Assembly (NCBI GenBank): GCA_964187785.1
Contig: OZ076409.1
Location: 48,486,001 to 48,550,000, forward strand
Direction of reading: 5' to 3'
Length of the DNA stretch: 64,000 nucleotides
Source: Amphiscolops sp. MND2022
Taxonomy: Eukaryota
Made by a program: the position numbers and the translations under genes. Below the pieces are notes generated by a model. That model was not told the DNA's origin and made no database searches. It saw only the letters and a list, made by a program, of their open reading frames with translations. This document shows positions 49,151 through 62,900 of this stretch, in pieces. Numbering within the stretch: the stretch's first letter is position 1; the number at the start of each line of letters is the position of its first letter.

Positions 49151-51287
49151 TCACTTCTTGGTCATGATTTTTGATGTTTTGAAAAATCTCACAAATAGGT
49201 TTTTGAGTACCAAAAAAAACGAGTCTTGAGACTCAAAAAAATGATTTTTTGCAACGAAAAACAATTTTTCGTAGAAAATTTTTGAATTTCTCGAAGAAAT
49301 TTCTTGATAAGTCACACAAGGCTGGGGGATTTTCGGTTCGCAAAGCATTTTTAAATAATCAAAAAAGTTGCTCAGTGTCGATTACATCCAAAATACGGAC
49401 TTTCCTTAACCTTTGCAAACTTGAAACTTTTGGTCTAACGAGGGACCCCACATGTACTGAAAGAAACCAAATCACCCCCCAGGAAAACCCACGAGGAAAT
49501 CTCTTGGCCACAAGGAAACTTTTTTTCAAGCTTTATCATCATCTAGTTTACTTTAAATAAGCTTTTAAAAAGCTTGAAAATAGCTACAGCTATTGGAGAA
49601 AACCGGTAGTGAAAAAACCTCGTTGTAAAATTGAGGTTTTTGTTAAGTAACAAAGCAAAAGAAAATAAAGCTTGAAAATTGAAAAAAAAGCAATTTTTTT
49701 AGGTTTCAAACATTAAATATAAGAAGGTAAAAGTTTCAAGGCTTGTCTGGCAGAAAAAAGCGCTAAATCTGAACTGTGTTCTTTCTGGCCAATTTGCGTT
49801 AATTACATTATAAATTTGAGGTCAAATGTTGTAGTGTTACCTTTTGATTTGAAAACATTTAAAAATTCAGTCGGTTTTGCCATCTTTTATTCGAATATTC
49901 ATGTAGTTTCAGGCAGAGTGTGTAGGAAAAAGGTAGAAAGAAGATTTTTTTTCGAAATTCATAAGAAAAAACTGCGGAGCAATGATTGCAAATTTTTCAA
50001 CAAGACGCCGACTGAAGTCCGGATTGATTTCCGCCTGGAATGTTTCCACAACAGCGTACATTTAAGCTCGAACTTTTCAAATGCACTACAAGTTTTTCAC
50101 AAAAGGCAGAATTCTTTGGCAGATGTTTCAGACGAAAACTTCAGATTACACTACTGAAAAGTATTATGCGTATCTAATCTTTTCGTAGCTGGATGCAGTG
50201 GCTTTTCTTTCCGCTGAAAACATTAAAAAATTGTATAAAAATTTATTGAATTGTTTCTTTAGATTTCGCTTTCCTGATGCATTTTGTGGCACGTTTTTCT
50301 GAAAAACTTTGAACTTTTCCACAGATAAAAAGGTCACCGCAAGCAGCATGCGATTGTAACTGGTTTTCTATCTCCTACAATTACCACAGTGCCTTCCCGG
50401 TGACCATCCCCCTGGAGTAAATGGCAAGAACGCCATAGAGGACGTTGAAACTTTTCCCCCATTAAAACTAGATTTAAAGTTAGTGTAATACAATTCTACA
50501 TGTAAGTTGTTGCTCAAGTTGCTACCTTTTATTTATATACAGTGCTAATATTGGACACCAAACGTACAAGCGAAAAGGAAACGTGTTCACATGCTTTCTC
50601 GCTTGGCGTAACGGACAAGCCGTCCGAATCTAACTCAGCCTAACAGTGCCGCTTATTAGGTGATACAGTGCTGTACAGAAAAGTGCCCTGAATTAAAGGT
50701 CGAGTACGGCCGAGCGTCTCAGTGTGACGGACAATTAGGACAATTGGCCGATTAAGACCTACATTGAATTTGAAGTAAAGCAATAGAAGACTTTCTTAGC
50801 ATGAAATGCTATGATAGATTCATTAGCAATAATAACTACAGTTTCCATTTCGTTGCTACATAAAGAGAAGCCCCCACTTCTAATGCTAATCCCAAAGTGT
50901 ATTTGGCCCTGTAGGACATTCGTTGTTTCACAACAAAACCAAGCGCATGTACACACACGTATATACAAATATATGAATCTTTCAGTTTAAAAAACTTGTA
51001 TGTTATTTGACATAATATTGTACGGCCTAACTCGGCCACGTATGCAACGTGGACTAGCTTTGAAGTACATTTAAAAATTGTTCACTTCGTCACGATACTC
51101 TTTTTAGCTACACCGTTGTTATTTTTAGCACCAAGATTACCGGAATATGAGATGTCATCCTTCCTGGGGTATTTAGTGCGCCCCAGTGAGGCTAAGGGAC
51201 CATCGTTACAGCTTTGTTATCGTGAAGTTGAAATTTACACAATGACTGATTTCAGGATATATTTTTTAATTGTCTTGTACGATTTTC

Positions 51288-51842
51288 ATGCCTTCGACTA
51301 GAAGACAGAAAACAAAGGCGACAAGGTCTAGAGAAATGGACTTGTTGTCCGATTCAGATAAAGTCGACTTAGTATTAGGTGCTGAAGGTTCCAACCCTAA
51401 TGAGAGACTAGCTCATTTTATTAACGATTTAATTGGTCATAACGACGCGGAGGTTTTTCTTAATAATAGAGGAAACTCGTCACAAGGGAATGAAATTAGG
51501 GATTTCAATATTGAAAGGAAAATTTCTGGACATGTAGATTTATGGAGTCAATGGTATCTTTTCAAATGAAATAAACATGAGACATTCTCACGAATCTCTG
51601 GTGTCCACGATGCACTCTCAAAACAAGAGGGCGATAGGCTCTGCGATCAATGATAGACTTTTTCCTGAGGTTCAAATTATTATGGGATCGCTGTCTTCAG
51701 GACAGAGAGACACAGAGTCTGAAGCGTCTGTTAATAATCTGCATAGCAGTGAGGAAAGAAACTGGTTAAAAACTAAACTAACAAAGAAGGACTCCTGGTC
51801 TGCATTCAATTTTTAGGGACACTGAGGAAGTAGGCCCTCACA
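51288..51842 (+). pseudogene. Decayed ORF start (MPSTRRQKTKATRSREMDLLSD...) ending at an LTR-like ...CTCACA boundary
   Basis: Two broken ORFs (51270-51569, 51577-51816) with a basic N-terminus. Coding-like sequence stops at GGCCCTCACA (51842). The left boundary is not defined. Confidence 0.4.
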
Positions 51843-53473
51843 ACAAATGCTACAAACCTAGTTTTTTGTTGATTGGCTTTTTATTTTGACAGAAGAGACT
51901 TTTTATGTTGTATGTAAACTTGGAATATAACAAAATTCGGTAACAGTTGAGCCTGAAAGGAAAGATCATCTTTTCCCACATGGTTTGTTGGGCGGAAAAT
52001 GGAAAACAATTTCTTATGAATTGCAATGTGTATATTCGATCCATTATTGTTTTTAAAAGCACAGTATTGTTTTTTCCGACCAGATAAATGAAGGAGGAAA
52101 ATCATGATCTGTGATGCGTTTTTTTTTACAAATTCTGCCAAAACCCCACTTTATCTCCACTCCATAGAGTGAAGTGCACGTCACTTGACAATTTTCAGTT
52201 ACTTGACTATTTTACTAGTTTACTAGCGATATTTACAACTGAGTTACATCAGTTATGGAGGCTCAGTCAAGTTGTAGGTCCTGGGTTGGAAACCGGGCTT
52301 GTGCTTGAACTTTTTTTGCTTCCCAGCCAGTCGTGGGTTTGAACCTCTCCTTCGCCAAAGTTTTTTCGCAATAAGCGTGTCGCGGAAAATATCCCGGTGC
52401 TTAGCGGGCGTCGTGTTTTTCATCAGATGGGATCTGAATGTAACTGGAAATTTTTGGCGTTTAATTATGTCTTCAAATTAAATATTTTACATTCAGCTGT
52501 TTTCAACAGAAACAGAAGACACGCTATTTTTGCAAAAAATATATCCGAATCCAATATTTTTTGATTGCCTTGTTTTGAGACAAAACTGGTGAAAATACCT
52601 TTTCTTAACTCTCGTTGCCCTTCAAACTTGTCCCTTTAAATATTTCTGCCCTAGGTGACTCTGTAAAGTAATGGTCATTTTTCTAAGTACGCGGTATAAG
52701 GGATTTTTCTTGGAGAACAAATTTCCACAGATTTGTAAAAGTTGATTCACTTGCTTCCTTTAGGTAAATTTTTTGTCCTATTTCGTGCAGCTGCTTGCTT
52801 AATGTATTAATGCAATTGCATTGATGTTCTTCTTATCGCAAACTAAAATAAGTGAAAATATGATTGCAGATGGTCAAAGTTCTAGACTTTTTAAACGAGA
52901 AAGAGGAGCCACCGTCCGATGCCAAATTTAAGCGACCGCCCTAAGTCATTTTTTTGTTACATTCCTGCAGGCCCTGAACACATTGAAATAAACCGGGAAC
53001 GGCCCAAGTCAGCGCCCCGTTCAAGGTTCAAGCAGAGTAAAGTGTTTTAACTATGTGAAAGAACACTATTTTATTTTTTTTTCAAACTTACAGAGCCAAA
53101 AAATACCTGACCGGATGCCCATGCGAGTCGGAAACCACTTTACCCTGGCTCGAAACATCAGAAACCTCAATTCAAAAAAACATGCCAACTGTTTTCTTTG
53201 GGAAAAGTCTCATAATGTGGAAAAGTTCAAGTGGAGACACTTGAAGTTCTCAAGGCCAAAAACTTTTTGAAAAGTCAAAGGGGTACGTACCATTTCATCG
53301 AAAGTGTAGTCTTTCGAAAAGACAGTTGCACAGTGCCGAAAAAACCGTAGGTCTTTGGCAAAATTATTGAGAAAACTGTCATCAGTCCCACAGGATTTAA
53401 AAAAAGTAGAGGTTACCCTCAAAATTGGGAAAACTGTTTTCCTCAACCAAAAACTCCAGAAACCAAAAACTGA

Positions 53474-56030
53474 GAGGCGGAAATTTCGTCGTCACAAATA
53501 TCGTCAACGAAAATTTTGTCGTATTAGCAACTCCAGAAATTCCGTCTTCAGAAATATCAGCGTTAGAAAATTCATCGTATTGATTGATTAGTATCGATCA
53601 AGAAACCATACAATTTTAATTATTTAATTGTTTATTCCTTACAATGAGATCTTCTTAAGAGCATGTTGAAGCTAAGAACAAAATTGAGTCAAAACGTCAT
53701 TTGCATTCAATCAACTCATCAAGCAATTATAAGTCCTGAACTACTCCACCGACCAACTTTCAAAAAATTGTCAAAAACTGTACAAACGTTTTGAATATGC
53801 GTAGAATTAATGTGTTGAAAATCTGTGATATTAGATTCTCTATGAAAAGTTAAAATTTTGTTTGCGAATTTTCTCTCAAAACTATAAACAAAAGTAACAA
53901 TTTGTTACGACTATTTACCGGATTTGTTTTTTGAGTAGTCGTTTTTGATCTAATTGGGGTTGATGTTTTGGTAGGAAAGACAGGTTCAGAGTCAGTATTT
54001 TCTGGATTCTGAGGGTTAATCAGGTTCCTCACGACTGGAGTTATCAGTTTCAGCATTTCCTTTTGATTTTCGGCTAATAATTTAGTTAGATCAGACATAA
54101 TCTCCTTCCTGAGTGACGATTTTATATCGTCTAGATTTTCAGAGTATGTTCTCGGGTTTTTACTAGGTCCTGGTATTAGTTCTTCAGTTTGGTTATTATC
54201 GGTTAAAGAAGTTTCAAGATTTGTGGGATTAGGCTCAACAGTAGCTTTTCTCTTTCGGCTTCTAACAGTCATTTCGAGCGAAACGTGAGAGTCTTTGGAA
54301 AGAGTGAATTCTTCAAAGAAAAATAGCTTTCGTTTCAACAACGTTAATGAAGTAGCAATTTAACGGAATGAATGAATTTACATAACTTTACATATTTATA
54401 CGTTCCAAGCATTAAATTTTACTCACCTAAAAATTCCTAGGTATCGTAAAAATCAGGATTGTTCACAAAAAGTGCTCACTAATTCATATTATTTCAGCTC
54501 TGTATCATTAAATTGGGGTTTCAAAATCCTAGCTGCGTCGTTAGTTCGTCACCTTTGTTGAAACTATTTTTGTTCAGTCGGATGCATTTCCTGTTTGACT
54601 TCTAAAATGGTGGCAAAATACAGGTTCGCTCAGTTATTCTATCAACGCAAGCACGCCGGCATGAAAAAACTTGGTCAGCTTCCAAGTCAAGTGAATCGCA
54701 ATAAAAGTATGACTAACGAAATGGTGACGCAACCCAAACGAACTAACTAGTATTTGAAGAATGGAAAATTCCGCAATCATGGTTATGAAAAAGGAACAAA
54801 TGATGCTAAGATTACTGACTTGCTGTCTAATTTTCATGTATAAAATCAGATTGACATAAAAACACAAAAAGCAAAAATATGGCGCATACTCTACCTACAA
54901 GCACGAACTAGGTTTAAATATCATAATAGCCTTCATTTCCAAACTTTCAAGCACAACTGGTGAAACACATATTACTACACCATGGTTTTACCAAGTAACA
55001 AAAATCGTATTCATTAACAATGATTTTAAACAGGGAATTCACTCTAAATATGCATGTTAGTAAAGGTTAACGTTAGCCTTTCGTCACAATTCAAATGTCG
55101 GAAAAATTTTGTTATAAGAACATAGTCGATATTTCCAGATAAAAATGAGCGTGACGTTTACTCAACGTTTCCCTTCAATTTACTTGAAGTTAATTCTCGC
55201 ACTTTTTAGGTAATTACACCAAAAAATTATCAGTTTTGATTTGGTCTAAATCTCACTTTACAATTTAGCTCCCTCTCCTTTATTATTATTATTCCATTTC
55301 TAAACTACATCAGGATTTCAAATTATCACTTTCCTTAAACTTAAACTTAAGATAGGAAACCTATCTGTTTTCGATCACCACCTTAAAGCGTGACGTAGTG
55401 TTGACGTACGTATTAAGATTACTTATGTTTCATTCACAACCTGGCGTAGCTGTTGTGTCAGGCAGCGGTAAAATTATTCTAACTAGCTAGTTGATGACGT
55501 CACAAGGTCGTTGTTGTTTATCTGAGCACAACTGGTATGGCTGAGAAACGACGGAATTAATTTTTATCTTTGATGGTTTCATTTCAGTGTGGAATGGAAA
55601 AAGGCTAATTTTCCGTAACGTAATTTGTCTCTGTCTTGGTATATAGATTGGTATGTGAACTTCAGAAGATGAACCGGAAATAGAATGATCACGCGTAAAA
55701 TGTTAAACTGGAAGTTTTTAGGTTCATTTCCTGGAAGTTTAAATTTTACGTCGCGGTTACGACTACTCTTTTTATCCAAATGCTCTTAAGTGTTATATAG
55801 CTGCATTGCAAGTAAGACTTAAACTAACTTATCTGGCATTTGGGCGTCCATGTCCTCTTCCCATTGCCTGTCTATGGATTCCGTGCTAGCAGTATGTACA
55901 CCAGCCGGGAGCGGGCTGTGACACCATTTTTGCACAATTAAGATGAAATGCCACAGCGTTTCATAAAACGTAATTGCCGACGAGAAAATGTCTGACGACG
56001 AAATTCTGACGACGAAATTTCTGGTAATTC
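53474..56030. mobile_element. TIR element of the 9368-9938 family, expanded by nested inserts
   Basis: GAGGCGGAAATTTCGTCG start, ...CGACGAAATTTCTGGTAATTC end, and flanks AAAACTGA/AAAACTTA (8-bp TSD, one mismatch). It follows a HINE-like 3' end at ~52988. Confidence 0.75.
53903..55088 (-). mobile_element. Putative solo LTR (~1.19 kb) carrying an intact ORF start
   Basis: Termini TGTTACGA ... TCGTCACA form an inverted pair. The minus-strand ORF from ATG 54272 (MTVRSRKRK...) is open up to the boundary. The TSD is imperfect (AATT/ATTC). Confidence 0.5.
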
Positions 56031-58777
56031 AAAACTTATTTTTCGGGGTTTTCAGTCAAAATCGAAAGAAGGCTTTGATGAAACAAAGAAAGTTCTCAGA
56101 AATATAAAAAAAGACAAAGGGCACCATTAGCTTTTACCTCTTCTTCAGCAAGTCTAAACTAGTAGAACGTAGAATTTTTTAAAGATGTATAACGTCAGAA
56201 ACAATTTACTTCGGATATGATTGCGTTTTGCCAAGGAGGAGGCAGAGGTTCGAAAAAATACCGCTATATCCAAATCTTTGACGTTATATCCGAAGAACAT
56301 AGTTAGTGAAGAAGCGTAAAATAAAAGGAGAAAAAAACTGAAAACCCTTTTATGAAAATACACCTAGTTAGTAAGCATTTTCATTTGGCACTTTTGGCTA
56401 CAACTAAGATTACCTGAATAATAGTCACTTCCTTTTTTAAACCAGTGTGGACGCCACAAATCAGATAGGGCGGTGTTAAAGTTGGTAGTTGATCTAGTGG
56501 TTAGAGCGTTAGCTTCTGAAGTAGGAGCTGTGGTTCTAACTCTACGAAGATCCAAAACTTTGCACGTTTTTACTCAAATGACAAAGCATTATGAAATCTT
56601 GGCTTTTTGATGTTTTCATTTGGAAGTGAGCCCAAAGGGTTTTTTCTTTACTTTTTGTCGGTACAATCCAAATTATTCAGATGTCATTTGAACACCGTCC
56701 TGGGCTCATTCAGAACACTTTGCGTTGTTTGAATTTTGAGCCGTCGTAAAGTGATTTTGCTTTCTTTAACTAGTAATTTTACTACTTTTTGAAATACCGT
56801 ATCATTTTAAGAATCAGCTTCCCTCTTTAATTTGCTGCACTTCAATACGTTTCCAGTTATCTCTATCAACTGAACGAATTTGGGGTAATCAATTCTTTAG
56901 CGCAACGTTGGCACAAGCAGGGATAGTAATCAATAAACGCCCTTCTGAACTTCGACCATATGAGGGTTATTCACAAAATTAATAATGTTACCGAAGCGGC
57001 TTCTTGAAAGGGCTTTGAAAGACCGTTACCAAGAAACACGGAAGCCCTTGGGTACAAAGTAATCTGCAATTACATAAATTATTTGGGAGCCTGTATGAAC
57101 TCAATCAAGACTTTCTCTTCGTTTTATAAATTAAATACATAAAATAATTGTCAAGGGGTTTATGAAGCGGACCAAACTAACGTAGTCTCAATAATTCCTA
57201 ATCACGCCCTAAGTCTTTTTATCATTTGCCGCTTTTTCCATATGAAGCGTCTGCTCGTTCTCTTAAGGGTTTTATATTGGCACAGAATTTGTACTCGGGC
57301 AAAACGCTCTAAAAAGATAACCATCTCCTTTGATTATCTTTTATCCCTCTCAATTGTACAAGAATGGGCTTAGTTGCCTCAAGAAAAACAACATACCTAT
57401 AAGTTCTTCACCTATATAGTACGCTACGATAACAAATGTGTTCTGGAAAAAGTACTTTAAATACCATCTTAAACCTACTTAAGCAAAAAATAAAAAGTGG
57501 CATTTTCTTTGAAAACGCGATTGAGCTACAGGGAGACTTCTCTTCGCTCCAGAAACTTTCACAGCTGATAGAAAGCATAAAAATTTAATTACTATTGATT
57601 TGGATTTTATTTTCACCGTATCATCTACTTTTTACGACGCAATTTCTACCTCATTGAACTTTTATTTTTGTTCAATCATTCCTCACTCTGGGAAACCCGA
57701 CTATGGAGTCTTCTCCCATGCACTATAATCTTGAATATTATCATCTTATGGCTCAAATGGCCAAATCAATAGAAAAGCTACACCTCCATTTAATCAATGA
57801 CCCAGCAGTGTCTGTTGTACTAACCGAACTCATAAACTTGGTACTAATCCACGATGGTTTAATTCGCAATTGCCTCGATACCCAAAAAACAAAAATGCTG
57901 AGCGAAGAATTCGCGAGAAGAGCAATGGTCAATAAATACTTCTACAAAAGAGGTAAGCTCGGTAGTAGTTCAAATTAACGAATGCTCTTCACTCAAGGCA
58001 ACTGCATAGAAACAATGTACATATTTTACCAGTTTCGTGAGTAAAATGATTTTATTACGATTTGTTAGGCATTAATAACTAGATCCATCACTTGGTAGGT
58101 TTTTATTAAGATTAGTACAACCGTTGAATTTTTTCACTAACTTTGCATTTTCGGAAACACAAATGTTTTTGCAATTGAGTCAAATAATGAGGGCCATATT
58201 GTGATAAAAACTGGAGATTTTGTTCTGCTTTTGTTTCAAATTTGAACATCACATCATTTTCAAAATTTTGCATCCTATCACGTCATGATAATAGCGCGCT
58301 ATTTTGGTAATTGTTGAAGTTTTGCCAATAATAGACACAAATCAGTCCTGATGAGTAAAGTCCTCGCTTTTCATTTATACTACATCGACTTAATTTAGAT
58401 TAAATAATTTGATGTTCATATAAAAACCTCAAAAAAGAAACAATTTTATCAGAAAGACTTTACTTGACGAAATAATTTTAAAGGATCCAAAATTCCATTA
58501 CCCGCTTTTCAATGAACGATCAGCAGAAGCCGGATAGTCGGTGCTTCATGAAGTGAAACGCGACTATACTAGTGACATTTAAAAACTGACCAAAATAGTC
58601 CTTAAAAATTCCCAGAAACTTTAAGGTGCCAAATTGGGCAATTTAACCCACGAACGTAACCAAAAGACTTCTTCCTTTTTTTTCAGCGCAACACACAATA
58701 CCGGGCGGGACAAACATAAAATACAGGGCGGTCCTGCTTTCGGCTTTATCGGACTATTTTTTGGCAAAAATTCCTGT

Positions 58778-58970
58778 TGTGAAAACTGATAGGGCTGACA
58801 ACCCTGTGTTTTAATCAGACCATGTGGCAAATGGTCGTTCGCTCATTTTTGACTGATACACTTTTATTTGTAAAAAACATTCTAACAAAGATTATTAAAC
58901 GTGTTCAACAACCTGCCTAATTTTTTGACAGCTAACTAGATTAGATTGTTCGAAAACAGACGCCCTCACA
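58778..58970 (-). mobile_element. Short LTR (~190 bp), diverged relative of 59998-60189
   Basis: TGTGAAAACTGATAG...CTCACA, sharing AGACCATG.GGCAAATGGT, GACTGATACACTTTT and AACATTCTAAC with the second copy. Confidence 0.65.
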
Positions 58971-59149
58971 AACCTCTTCAATTCTTCAAATTTCTGAAGC
59001 GTTGCGACTGAAAGGATGTTGAAATATCTCGAAGGGCCCCCTTTCAATTTTTTCGGCATTGTGAGACTTTTTTCGAAAAGTTTTTAGTGTCTCCAAAGGG
59101 TATCCCGTACAATTTTTTTGATGTGTTGCGACAGAAATGTTGAAAATTC

Positions 59150-59950
59150 TACAACCCCTGCAATTTTCAGTCTTCGCATTGCAGGATGCTAGATGATTTT
59201 GCGAAAACTCAAATCCACAACGGATGCACGGATTTCTTGCTGTTCTACTCTCGACTGCTAATATTGGTTCTGTTTCGATTTCGCTACTTTTCATGAAGTA
59301 TTTTTACTGGCGGATCCCTTCTTCAAATGATATTGCGAAGCTCAACCCTTGGTGTGGTTGTTCTTTGGGCTCGGTACACAGGCGCTCCTGCACCGTCTTG
59401 TTCTGCTTATTTTGAACAAAAGCGCCCATGATCAGGTTTTCCGTTTGTTGACCAAAATCGCATTTCGCAGCCAATCCTGTGGGAATGTTCCAGAACTGTC
59501 TCAGTGATTCATGATTTTGTTAATTTATGGAGAAAATTTTGGAGCAATTTAATGTTCTGTTCCTCGGCTTGTTGAATTCTTGATAACAATTCTCTTTTGT
59601 TTCCTTTTACGTCGCTGTTGATACCGTCAATTACGAAATTTGTTGCTCTGGTTCTTTCTGCTTGCGACGCCAAGTGGTACTAAAAAAGCGCTGACTACTT
59701 TTCGTTCTTTCGTTCTGCAGCTTGTTCCTTTAGAATGTTCATTAACGATGCCTGACTGGGTTCATTGTTTTTCGGAGTTCCTACCACCTCTGGTATTGAT
59801 ATTGCATGGTCGGCAATTATTGCCATCATGAAAAGATCCCACCACTTTTCCCATTCTGCTCTAGGTTTCACTTCGGCGCAATCACGATAGGCAGACAGTT
59901 TCGCCAGAATTTACAAACTGCCTGATGCTGGCTATCCGCTGGATTCACAA
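59150..59950 (-). pseudogene. Gypsy-like gag remnant with a zinc knuckle
   Basis: CIRCGFEFSQNHLASCNAKTENCRGC in ORF 58986..59294; the surrounding frames are broken. Confidence 0.55.
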
Positions 59951-59997
59951 ATGTCTCTCAGCGCCATGTTATAGCTATGCTGCAACCTTTTATGAAA

Positions 59998-62900
59998 TGT
60001 GAAAACTGATAGAGATAACAACATTGTTTTTTATTAAGACCATGAGGCAAATGGTTGCTCGCACCTCAGTGACTGATACACTTTTTTTGTAAACAACATT
60101 CTAACGAAGTCAAATAGTAGTGTTCATTACCCAGTTTCATTTTTCGACAGTGAAATAGATTAGAATGTTCGAGAATAGACTCTCTCACACCCCCCGGTAT
60201 AGCACGTGAAATATATAGGTGTACAGTTTTATTTTACACTTCAAATTAAATATGAATGTGACAATAGTACTCCAATATTATGAGTTTATGTCTTTTGTTA
60301 TGAATGTAAGGAACGATTAATGAAATAATAAGTCAGTTTAGAAGTTGAGCCCAGTTAAAGAGACCCATTAGGCCTGTTTACTTGTTTTCTTCCGTCTGTA
60401 TAAGTTTTATAATTTAGACTTCTTAGCGGCTTCGAACGACTTGGCAGCTCCTTCCGAGCGGCGTTCTATTTGAGTCACCATTATATTGTGACCGTAGAAC
60501 TCGGTCTTGTGCCGAATTCTCTCCCTGCATCTGATTTCTGGTTTCTGGTCTGCTGGTCTTTGATTTCGCACGGCTTCTTGTTCCGGCTGTTGGGTTTGCT
60601 CTTTTTTATTGTCAACCTGTTCCCCCATCGTGGTCTGTCTCACCATTTTTTTGCTGTTGATGTTGCCTCGCCTTTTTCTTTTTTCGCTCGATCAGCGCTG
60701 GTGTTTTCTTCTTTTGTTTCCGATAGTTTTCTGCTACTATTTCCTGCTCCTGATGGGGATTTTGCGGGAAAATGCGATATCTGTGATCGAGTTGATCGTC
60801 CTTCTGCGCGTCTCCTGATTGGCTGGCAGCTCTTCTTGCGTTGCCAGCTGGTATTGTGTTGCCGTTGATTTCTTCGCTGTGTCTCGCCAACAGCACGACT
60901 CATCCCTTGCTGTTGTGACAGTATGAACAAAATCGCGTTTTGAGATAATTGTTGTCTTGTTGCTGCCCACACGCTGAACGTAACTGTATGAATGGATTAC
61001 TCCAAGCGGACAGGCTTTCTCTCTCCGAAAACCCCTTTCAACTGGCTGCCGCATAACTTCTCTTACACCAAAATGGAAGAATGCTGGCCGGAATCGAAGT
61101 TTGTTTCCATTAGTTGGAACTCTGGTGTTTCTGAAATGAATTGATTGTGGTTTGTTACTAATTTCTTGATCGTGTTCGGTTCCACTCCCGCAAACTTTTA
61201 CAAAGCGTTTTCTAGTTCTTGATGGATTTATTCTCAATGCGAACAATATTTCTGATAACCCTGAACTATCCCTACTCACTAAAATGTTCTTTATTTTCCG
61301 CCCACAAAAAATGGGAGAGGAAAATCATGATCTATGTTGACTTTTTTTCCAAATCGTGCAAAATCTCCTCCCAGTTGTAGTTGAATCTAGGCGCCATCCA
61401 CCACTTGACTTTTTCCTATAGTTAATTGACTATTTAAATAATGGGGGTGGTAACACATGTTCGAACCCGGGCTGATGCGTTACGTTTTTGTAAATATCCC
61501 GGTGCTTAGCGTGCGTCTTCTTTGTTCTCAACTGTTTTTTTATTGTTCTTATTAGTCTGTTGTTTTTTGTTTCAGCGGCGATGACTTAAAAGTCGTTCAA
61601 CATTTTTGAATAACCACTTGTTACAAATATCTTTAACGGATTGCTTCTAAATAAGCTGCAGGGTCCGTTGGTTTTGTTTTTGATATACCATGTGTAGCAA
61701 TAAAGTTTTGCAGAGACTCTTTCACCTTTTCTGTCGTCAATTTGCCGAACTTTTCGCTTCCGGCTAACCCAAAATATCAACTGATATAAGTGGAAATTTA
61801 CGCGTATTCATTGCGTCTTAAAAAGGTCCCACCAAATCAATGATAATCTTTCGGTTCTTTTTCGTGCAAGTTGGTAGTGTTCCAACTCGTTTTTGCCGAA
61901 GTACAGTTTCAAATCTCTTACTAGCTTCGTTGCCGTGAGAAGAGTTCTTTGCCATTGCTACAATTTCACTCGACATTCAGACTTGATTACAGTTGCTAAC
62001 ATGCTTCCCTACCGGGTTGTCCGTAATGAAGCAATTTCATAAGGATCAAATCTGGTAACATTGAAATGACATGTCAATCATCCAACTACATGAAATGTTC
62101 GCCCAGACTGAAGCAACGAAACTTCTGACACCATGGCGTTTTTAGGCGACTGATTTTAGTTGAGTCGGGCTTTTCGATTAGCTCGGTGACTCGTTGAAGG
62201 AATTCATCTGACTCAAATTGGGAAACAAATGCAAAAATTTCCAGCGGTGGCAAAACTTGCAACTTGATTGCAATTTGTTTAATTGAGTAGCGTTACCTCG
62301 TTTTTATTAGTGGCCTATTAGACTATTGCATTAGTGCGTTGATAACCACTCCGCTGTCGCTTGAATTTGCACTTGTCTCAATTTCTTTTGACGTCGATAA
62401 TACTGCTGCGAACTCCCAAATTATTTTTTTCATTTGTTTTGGCTACTTCACTTTCACTTTCCACTTCCGCGCTCGCTTTCAAATCCGTTGCAGTTGTCAA
62501 TTTTTCTCCTATTGGATGCTTCAACTCTCTTTGCTAATTTTGACTGCTCTAAGCAGAAGTGTCACTTTTCAATATTTCGTTCATTTTAAACTAAATATGC
62601 CAAATTATTTTTTTCATTTGTTTTGGCTACTTCACTTTCACTTTCCACTTCCGCGCTCGCTTTCAAATCCGTTGCAGTTGTCAATTTTTCTCCTATTGGA
62701 TGCTTCAACTCTCTTTGCTAATTTTGACTGCTCTAAGCAGAAGTGTCACTTTTCAATATTTCGTTCATTTTAAACTAAATATGCCACAATTCTTCTGCTT
62801 CAATTTTACCCGCATTACGCTTACTTTCGGACGGATCCCATGACAGATAGTCTTCTATACCCATCGTACGTCTCAAGCCGTGTACTACGTTAAAGAAGAA

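Noticed and set aside
30000..50700. Numerous 60-140 aa ORFs in the track
   Set aside because: Phe/Lys-rich translations of AT-rich repeats, often with non-ATG starts; no recognisable domains or exon chains.
58778..60189. A single small LTR element bounded by the two ~190-bp LTRs
   Set aside because: The LTRs are strongly diverged, there is no TSD, and the PPT lies outside on the right, so the right LTR belongs to the element extending rightwards.
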